Part shown: one piece after another, positions 1-4,962 of the stretch | Layout of the letters: each line of letters begins with the position of its first letter | Position numbering within the stretch: position 1 is the first letter of the stretch | DNA from: Nitrososphaerota archaeon | GTDB lineage: Archaea; Thermoproteota; Nitrososphaeria; Nitrososphaerales; UBA57 | Reading direction: 5' to 3' | DNA: 5,971 bases | NCBI GenBank assembly: GCA_002713205.1 | Contig: PAVW01000009.1 | Location: 69,871-75,841, forward strand | The notes under the pieces: generated by a model | Seen by the model: only the letters and a program-made list of their open reading frames with translations | Told to the model about the DNA's origin: nothing | Databases searched by the model: none | Position numbers and translations under genes: made by a program

Positions 1-1
1 G

Positions 2-838
2 AATATGTGTGTTATTTGTAATAAATCTAAATACAATGTTATTTTTCAACCAGATTCATTGGAAAAAATTTTGTTACCTGAATCGAATTTTGATATTGGT
101 GAATTTGATATCGATAATAACTCTCATAAAGAAATATTAATTGCAAATAAAGTTCATAAGCCATTTTCTCAATTAACTATTGATAAATTATTTCTGCTTT
201 TAAATAATGTTCAAACTACTTTTAAAACTCTTATTTCTGCTAATTTTAAGAATATAGTTATTTATTCTAATTCTAGACTTGTTGATGCTTATTCTCATCA
301 CGCAAATTTTGAAATTTTAACTCTCCCATTTACTCCTCCGTTTATCTCCCAAGAAATAGAGTCTTATCAAAATTCAATTTTTGAATTAGGAAGTTGTCCT
401 ATGTGTAGAATAATTAATCTTGAAACAGGTGGACCCCGACAAATTTTATCTACGAGTCATTTTTTGGCATTTTCTCCTTGGGCTCCTACATATCCTTTTG
501 AATTCTGGATTTATCCAAAATCACATAAATCTGGTTCTTCTTTTGCTTCTATTGCTGAAAATGAAATACATGATTTATCTCTAATTCTTCGTTCAACATT
601 AGGTGGTTTAGATTCTGCATTAAATGAACCGTTCTTTCATCTTATTTTTCATAATTCACTTAATGATAGTAATGGTGAGATACATTGGCATATAGAGATA
701 TATCCTCAATTGACACATAAAGATGGATTAGAAGAAGGTTTTGGTATTTATTCTAATCCAATAAATTCTGAACGTTCTGCAGAAATCTTAGGTAAAACTG
801 CAAGAAAAGAATTAGCAAATTTAGTTGGCGTAACCTAA
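2..838 (+). CDS. galT: GalT-like hexose-1-phosphate nucleotidyltransferase (two-HIT-domain family), probably 5'-truncated by the window edge
   Basis: The layout is collinear with class-I GalT as I recall E. coli GalT. It has an N-terminal CxxC (CVIC, nt 8-19) and a downstream His (KVHKPF). A second CxxC (CPMC, nt 395-406) follows. The segment GPRQILSTSHFLAFSPWAPTYPFEFWIYPKSH parallels [32 protein letters not shown]. A C-terminal HWHIEIYPQ parallels HAHFYPP. The roughly 40-50 aa that normally precede the CxxC are absent and the frame is open to nt 2, so the true start is likely upstream of the window. The ATG at 5 may be internal. TAA stop at 836-838. Confidence 0.75.
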   Translation, partial: NMCVICNKSKYNVIFQPDSLEKILLPESNFDIGEFDIDNNSHKEILIANKVHKPFSQLTIDKLFLLLNNVQTTFKTLISANFKNIVIYSNSRLVDAYSHHANFEILTLPFTPPFISQEIESYQNSIFELGSCPMCRIINLETGGPRQILSTSHFLAFSPWAPTYPFEFWIYPKSHKSGSSFASIAENEIHDLSLILRSTLGGLDSALNEPFFHLIFHNSLNDSNGEIHWHIEIYPQLTHKDGLEEGFGIYSNPINSERSAEILGKTARKELANLVGVT

Positions 839-845
839 TTTTTTT
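839..845 (+). terminator. Oligo-T tract (T7) immediately after the GalT-like stop codon; candidate archaeal-type terminator
   Basis: TAA at 836-838 is followed directly by TTTTTTT, inside a 21-nt convergent spacer (839-859). The opposite strand of this spacer is A-rich. Termination of the minus-strand cluster would therefore have to occur further on, inside the 3' end of the GalT-like gene. Confidence 0.35.
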
Positions 846-859
846 ATTGATTATTTTTA

Positions 860-1921
860 TTAAAACGATTTTTTTAATCTATTTTTAACTTCATCTATAT
901 GAGGAGTTGGTGTAGGATCAATTTTTTTAAGAATTGCTAGATATAGTGAAATATAGTCTAAAAGATAGATTAAATTAATAATTTTACCTAATTGTGTTTT
1001 TCCTTCAGTGTGAACTTCTAGTGGTTTAATATTCATTTTAATCAAAAGTGTATTCAGTGATTCAAATCTTGCTTTTTGTTCTTGACTTTCATTTTCATCC
1101 CGTAATACAATTGATGTAATTTTATTATCTTTGTTTTTTCCCCAAGATTGTATTTCATTATGACACAATTCAGGAAGAAGTATGTGCTGTGCTCTAATTT
1201 TTGAATTTTCATTTAATGACGCTTTAAATCTATAACCTGGCGCGTATAATGTTTGAGATGAATAAATGGTTGGTGGTGATGCCATTTCAAATACTTCTTT
1301 TGCAAATTTTTTAGCAGTATTGGTTTCTAAAGGAATATTTTTATTAATTGCTTTTCCTTGTTTATCTAGTAGTCTTATTATATCACTATGTTCTTTTTTT
1401 GGCGATTTTATTACATTTAAATTTTTTAGAAGTGTTATTGAAGGTAATAATGCATATAGTAGACTTGCTCTTGGAACAAGTGCCATTCTCACTTTTGTAT
1501 GAGGTATGTTGTTTTTTTCACTAATTTTTTGTAATTTTCCACCTGCAGATATTGAGACTACTGTTGCATTTCTTTTTGTTTTTGCATCAATACAAGCTGA
1601 AATTGTTTCCTGTGTTTCACCTGATATACTTGCTCCAATTACTAAAGTTGTTTTACCTACATACGCAGGAAGTTTATAATCTTTAAGCACTTCAAAAGGC
1701 ATTTTTAATTCGTCTCTTAACCAGCTTTGTATTATATCCCCAGAAGTTGCTGATCCTCCCATTCCTACAAATAATATATTGTCAAATTTTTGATTTTTTG
1801 GAAGATTTGGTTCTATTTCAATTGCATTTTTTGCTTGATTAGTCCAATTTTCATATTCTGTAAACAATCCTGATTTATCTATTCGGTTGATCTTTTCTTT
1901 ATCTAATGAATTTTTTATCAA
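860..1921 (-). CDS. Bifunctional phosphoglucose/phosphomannose isomerase (SIS-domain PGI/PMI family)
   Basis: It has the SIS-domain signatures FVGMGGSATSGD and GASISGETQET. RFKASLNENSKIRAQHILLPELCHNEIQSW matches the NENAK...LPE.HHN.IEG active-site block of crenarchaeal PGI/PMI as I recall it. The C-terminal DPTPTPHIDEVKNRLKK matches the family's NP..TPRID..K..L tail. The only available initiator is TTG at 1919-1921, which overlaps the TGA of the upstream gene (TTGA). TAA stop at 860-862. Confidence 0.9.
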   Translation of the reverse strand: MIKNSLDKEKINRIDKSGLFTEYENWTNQAKNAIEIEPNLPKNQKFDNILFVGMGGSATSGDIIQSWLRDELKMPFEVLKDYKLPAYVGKTTLVIGASISGETQETISACIDAKTKRNATVVSISAGGKLQKISEKNNIPHTKVRMALVPRASLLYALLPSITLLKNLNVIKSPKKEHSDIIRLLDKQGKAINKNIPLETNTAKKFAKEVFEMASPPTIYSSQTLYAPGYRFKASLNENSKIRAQHILLPELCHNEIQSWGKNKDNKITSIVLRDENESQEQKARFESLNTLLIKMNIKPLEVHTEGKTQLGKIINLIYLLDYISLYLAILKKIDPTPTPHIDEVKNRLKKSF

Positions 1922-3195
1922 ACTCTAATTTTGCCTCTTTTCACTTCTAATTTTTTTCTTTCTGATTTTGTCATTTTAAAAACTTTTTTTAGTAATTCTT
2001 TGTCATGATTTTGCTGTATGATTCCTCTTCTTTTCATCATTCTCTCTTGAGTTAAAATTATTGAGTTTACATTTGCTTCAATTATTCTTTGCCGGCTTAA
2101 ATTGTTTATAATAGTAAATGATGGAATATCTTCATTTGTATATCCATATAATTGTGAAGCTATTCCTATATTTTTTCCTGTAAATATTAGCGAACCGATT
2201 GATGTTTTCACATTATCACCGATCATACATCCATATTTATTTATATTAGTTAAGATGTTTCTATTTCCAACTTTTATTTTTATATTACCATATGAATTTT
2301 TAAGATCTGAATTTGTTGTTAAGGCACCTAAGTTCACCCATGAACCGATTATTGAATGTCCCATATATCCTAAATGTGCTTTATTTGTATATTCATGAAA
2401 TATTGATGATTGTATTTCTCCTCCAATCACACAATCATTTGCAATTACGGTATTATATATTTTAGATCCGAGAATTTTCGTTCTCTTTCCAATGTATGCT
2501 GGACCTGAAATTACTGAAAATGGTTCTATTAATGCATACTCATCAATAATTACAGGGCCATTTTTTGAATTAATATATATTTTCTGTAAATCAGGGATTA
2601 TTGCTTTATTTGAAATTAGAATATCAAAATTCTTTGATAAATATTTAAATTGCTTTTTAATATTGTTATTTCTTTTCAGTACTTTAAATTGATTTGTTAT
2701 TGCTTTTGCTGATTCTTTTAGAAATTGCCATGGGTATTTAATTAGGTTATCGTCATCTGAATTCAGAATATTATAATTCTTGGTATTTTTAATTAATTTC
2801 TTAGTCGAGAATTCACCCTTTTTTATAATTTCCTGATAGTCTTTTTTAGAAATTCTTCCAGCCACAAAATTATTACCTGATAAAACTATGAATTTTTCTT
2901 TTTTATTAATTATTTTATTTAAATTATTCATATTTGGATTAATTAATGAATTAATAATTATTGCATTATTTTCCATATTCCTGCTATTTATTGATATTTT
3001 TGGAAATTTGTTTTTTGCAGTTTCTATAAGATATTCTCGCGTAATAACGCTTATCGAAGATGAATTTAGTTTGATTTTTAAATTTTCTAATATGTTTGTT
3101 GACCCGAATTGTAATGTAACAGTTGGTTTGGTCAGTGTTATAGGGTAGAAATTTTTTACTAATTCATCTTCAATTAAAATTATATTATTAGTCAT
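1918..3195 (-). CDS. GlmU-like protein: degenerate nucleotidyltransferase-like N-domain plus C-terminal left-handed beta-helix (hexapeptide) acyltransferase-like domain
   Basis: The C-terminal region (about aa 215-355, nt 2131-2553) is made of hexapeptide-type repeats. It includes GALTTNSDLKNSYGNIKIKVG...GCMIGDNVKTSIGS, which resembles the GlmU acetyltransferase T.N.D...K / IGD..F.GS block. The N-terminus IILIEDELVKNFYPITLTKP aligns positionally with the usual ILAGGxGxRLxPLTxxxPKP, but the glycine/arginine loop is replaced. This is the pattern I associate with the 'putative sugar nucleotidyl transferase, alternative GlmU' family. ATG at 3193-3195 is preceded by AAGGAG. TGA stop at 1918-1920. 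Confidence 0.8.
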   Translation of the reverse strand: MTNNIILIEDELVKNFYPITLTKPTVTLQFGSTNILENLKIKLNSSSISVITREYLIETAKNKFPKISINSRNMENNAIIINSLINPNMNNLNKIINKKEKFIVLSGNNFVAGRISKKDYQEIIKKGEFSTKKLIKNTKNYNILNSDDDNLIKYPWQFLKESAKAITNQFKVLKRNNNIKKQFKYLSKNFDILISNKAIIPDLQKIYINSKNGPVIIDEYALIEPFSVISGPAYIGKRTKILGSKIYNTVIANDCVIGGEIQSSIFHEYTNKAHLGYMGHSIIGSWVNLGALTTNSDLKNSYGNIKIKVGNRNILTNINKYGCMIGDNVKTSIGSLIFTGKNIGIASQLYGYTNEDIPSFTIINNLSRQRIIEANVNSIILTQERMMKRRGIIQQNHDKELLKKVFKMTKSERKKLEVKRGKIRV

Positions 3196-3889
3196 TTTTT
3201 TTCTCCTTTATGAAATTAGCAAAAGCATTTTCATATGCATTTTTATCTCCTAAATCTAAAATATTACCATTTACTTCGAATCCATAGATGTTCATTTTTG
3301 ATTTTAAGGATTTTTTAAATGGTTTATCCATTTCATATTTTTTATTTTTTGGAATGAATTTTAAAAATTTTTTATCCATGATGTAGCAACCCGTATTTAT
3401 AAGTCCAGATATGCTCGGTTTTTCTTTCCATGTTTTTATTGATTTGTCATTGTTTAATTCTATAAAACCATATTTTAATTTTGTTTTATATTCTTGAAGA
3501 ATCATTGTTGCTAATGATTTATTTTTTTTATGAAATTTAATTGCATTATTCAATTTAAAATCTAATATTGCATCTGCATATAAACACACGAATGTGTCGT
3601 CTAGTAATGCTTCAGCTTTTTTAAGTTGCCCTGCAGTTCCTAATGGTTTTTTTGATCTTATGTATTTTATTTTTACTTTGAATTCTTTTCCATCTCTAAA
3701 ATATTCTTCAATTGGTTTATTTAAATAAGAAACACTTAGAATTATATCGTTAATTTTTTGTTCTTTTAACCATTTAATTATATAGCTTAATATCGGTTTA
3801 TTACCTAATGGCAACATTGGTTTTGGCAGAAATAATGTATATGGTTTTAATCTTTTACCATGTCCTCCTGCTAATATTACTGCTTTCAT
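3188..3889 (-). CDS. Sugar-1-phosphate nucleotidyltransferase (short NTP_transferase type, RmlA/HddC/GDP-mannose pyrophosphorylase-like; specificity not assignable)
   Basis: MKAVILAGGHGKRLKPYTLFLPKPMLPLGNKPIL is the canonical GxGxR nucleotide-binding loop plus the PKP(M/L) motif. PLGTAGQL and YADAILDF are the usual downstream blocks. I place the start at ATG 3887-3889 rather than at the track's 3922. That upstream codon is TTG, adds 11 non-conserved residues, and would overlie the TATA-like box. Confidence 0.9.
   Translation of the reverse strand: MKAVILAGGHGKRLKPYTLFLPKPMLPLGNKPILSYIIKWLKEQKINDIILSVSYLNKPIEEYFRDGKEFKVKIKYIRSKKPLGTAGQLKKAEALLDDTFVCLYADAILDFKLNNAIKFHKKNKSLATMILQEYKTKLKYGFIELNNDKSIKTWKEKPSISGLINTGCYIMDKKFLKFIPKNKKYEMDKPFKKSLKSKMNIYGFEVNGNILDLGDKNAYENAFANFIKEKKND
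3203..3208 (-). promoter_or_regulatory. Shine-Dalgarno-like AAGGAG 7 nt upstream of the ATG of the GlmU-like gene, inside the 3' end of the preceding gene
   Basis: The minus strand reads TAAAGGAGAAAAAAAATGACTAA. AAGGAG comes first, then a 7-nt spacer, then the ATG at 3195. The upstream gene's TAA (3188-3190) lies 8 nt into the downstream ORF. This geometry is typical of translational coupling. Confidence 0.55.
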
Positions 3890-3911
3890 ATTTTTATCAC
3901 TTAAATTCCTA

Positions 3912-3919
3912 ATATAAAA
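3912..3919 (-). promoter_or_regulatory. TATA-like box (TTTTATAT) centred about 26-27 nt upstream of the ATG at 3889; candidate internal promoter giving a leaderless or near-leaderless transcript
   Basis: The minus strand reads GTCAATTATTGTTTTATATTAGGAATTTAAGTGATAAAAATATG. The box spans -30 to -23 relative to the A of the ATG. This matches the archaeal TATA-to-start-site spacing if transcription starts at the initiation codon. TATA-like words are common in DNA this AT-rich, so the call is tentative. Confidence 0.4.
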
Positions 3920-3923
3920 CAAT

Positions 3924-3949
3924 AATTGACTTTCGTTTTATTGTCAATT
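3924..3949 (-). terminator. Inverted repeat AATTGAC-N12-GTCAATT immediately after the stop of the orphan ORF, followed by a U-rich run; candidate terminator or protein-binding site
   Basis: The minus-strand RNA would read UAA-AAUUGAC-AAUAAAACGAAA-GUCAAUU-AUUGUUUUAUAUU. The stem is 7 bp with only 2 G:C pairs and the loop is 12 nt, so the hairpin is weak. Its position between a stop codon and a TATA-like box fits a terminator/promoter junction or an operator. Confidence 0.3.
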
Positions 3950-4918
3950 TTAAACCTTGTTTAACTCTTCTATTATTGTTGATACTTTATTTATTTTGGT
4001 TTTTATTATATGCTCATTGTTATTTATTGAAACTAAATTGATTATTGATTTAGGAATATTATATGAAATTTCATTATTGTTCATTAATTCTGACAATATT
4101 TTAAATTGATGTAATGAAATTTGATTTTTTTTACAATATTTCGAATAAATAAATTTAATTAATTTTATTATTTCAAATTCTAGAAAACTATATGCATTAC
4201 TATGCATTTTATTTTCTATCATCCAATTTGTTTTATTTTTTAATAATTTTATTTGTAAATATGTGATTTCTGATTTTTGATTAAATAACCCTAATGATTG
4301 TAAGTATAATTTATTTATTGCATCGAATTTTCTTCCCACTGATGATTTATTTGCTAATTCTAAATTCATTAATGAATACCAAATACTCATGTCTATTTTT
4401 GAATTTACTTTTTTGAATTGTTCTAAAATATGTGCTGGATGAAGTTTTATAGCATTAGAAATCAATATATATTCGATAATTTCATAAATTGAACACGAAA
4501 TCCAAAAATTACAATCTAAAAAACTTGTTTGATTCATCGCTTCCTTTGCTTTTTGAATATTGGATGTTATTTCAATAAATTTATATTTTTTATAGTCGTT
4601 ATTTATTAATTTCCTTTTATTAGTGATTTTTATTATATTTGACGATAAGCTAAAAGGTCCATTTGAAATTACTTTCATTGGTAAAAATTTATAGAGTTCA
4701 AAGTCTTTTAATTTTTTAAATGATTCATAATCTATTCGATAGATTTCTATTAATCCATTTATTGGATCATTAATTATTGAATTTTCAGTTTTTTTACCAA
4801 TTATTATGATGTCATATTCACAACATTGATACGATATATTGGATGTTTTACAACCTGTTAATGCAATAAAGGATTCTATGTCTCTGTTTAATACATTGAT
4901 TAAATTTTTTGTAATCAT
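3950..4918 (-). CDS. Hypothetical protein, 322 aa, no family recognised; possible divergent pol-beta-superfamily nucleotidyltransferase N-domain with a helical C-terminal region
   Basis: This is a long ORF co-oriented with the cluster and tightly spaced from its neighbours, with ATG at 4916-4918 and TAA at 3950-3952. Residues 17-41 read FIALTGCKTSNISYQCCEYDIIIIG. After an N-terminal helix-like segment this fits hG[GS]-x10-[DE]h[DE]h, apart from Cys in the Ser/Gly position. The rest is rich in predicted helix-forming, K/N/I/E-rich sequence. I could not recognise any other motif: no HAD DxDxT, no phosphohexomutase TASHNP, no GHMP motif, no HEPN Rx4-6H. Confidence 0.7.
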   Translation of the reverse strand: MITKNLINVLNRDIESFIALTGCKTSNISYQCCEYDIIIIGKKTENSIINDPINGLIEIYRIDYESFKKLKDFELYKFLPMKVISNGPFSLSSNIIKITNKRKLINNDYKKYKFIEITSNIQKAKEAMNQTSFLDCNFWISCSIYEIIEYILISNAIKLHPAHILEQFKKVNSKIDMSIWYSLMNLELANKSSVGRKFDAINKLYLQSLGLFNQKSEITYLQIKLLKNKTNWMIENKMHSNAYSFLEFEIIKLIKFIYSKYCKKNQISLHQFKILSELMNNNEISYNIPKSIINLVSINNNEHIIKTKINKVSTIIEELNKV

Positions 4919-4942
4919 TTAATACGATATTATGAAAAAATA

Positions 4943-4956
4943 GTTAATATATTAAC
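4943..4956. promoter_or_regulatory. Perfect 14-bp palindrome GTTAATATATTAAC in the kinase/orphan-ORF spacer, centred about 31 nt upstream of the orphan ORF's ATG
   Basis: I checked the palindrome base by base on both strands. On the minus strand it is followed by TATTTTTTC (T6, nt 4935-4940) and then by ATG at 4918. It could be the TATA/BRE region of a promoter for a near-leaderless orphan-ORF transcript. It could be a dimeric regulator site. With the T6 run it could also be a weak terminator for the kinase gene. Confidence 0.4.
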
Positions 4957-4962
4957 ATAAAT

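Noticed and set aside
1266-1502. 78-aa plus-strand ORF from the six-frame track
   Set aside because: It lies entirely antisense within the well-supported PGI/PMI gene. Its F/L/I/S-rich low-complexity translation is what the reverse complement of a K/N/E-rich AT-rich gene produces. It has no motif and no independent start context.
2102-2398. 98-aa plus-strand ORF
   Set aside because: It is antisense to the beta-helix region of the GlmU-like gene, with a hydrophobic low-complexity shadow translation and no supporting signal.
2492-2692. 66-aa plus-strand ORF
   Set aside because: It is an antisense shadow ORF inside the GlmU-like gene, rejected for the same reasons as the other antisense ORFs.
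2888-3148. 86-aa plus-strand ORF with a membrane-like hydrophobic translation
   Set aside because: It is antisense to the N-terminal domain of the GlmU-like gene. The apparent transmembrane character is a compositional artefact of poly-T/A-rich antisense sequence.
3195-3202. A8 homopolymer (minus strand) spanning the overlap between two genes, considered as a slippage or phase-variation site
   Set aside because: Runs of 6-8 A or T are frequent throughout this sequence (for example 839-845 and 4971-4978). Both flanking ORFs are intact and nothing suggests a frameshifted allele.
3890-3922. Longer version of the nucleotidyltransferase ORF starting at 3922, as given in the track
   Set aside because: The codon at 3920-3922 is TTG, not ATG. 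The extra 11 residues (MFYIRNLSDKN) precede the conserved MKAVILAGG N-terminus. The extension would also run through the TATA-like box, so ATG 3889 is the better start.
3924-3931. Octamer AATTGACT shared between the spacer upstream of the nucleotidyltransferase gene (3924-3931) and the kinase 5' region (5912-5919), considered as a common operator half-site
   Set aside because: It is a single 8-mer match in about 12 kb of double-stranded, compositionally biased sequence. My rough composition-based estimate is that this is on the order of what chance gives. The spacing to the respective TATA-like boxes differs (about 4 nt versus about 24 nt), and only the first copy is part of an inverted repeat.
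3950-4450. C-terminal helical half of the orphan ORF, considered as a HEPN domain (an MNT-HEPN-like fusion)
   Set aside because: No R-x(4-6)-H motif is present in the region, and the genomic context is metabolic rather than toxin-antitoxin or defence.
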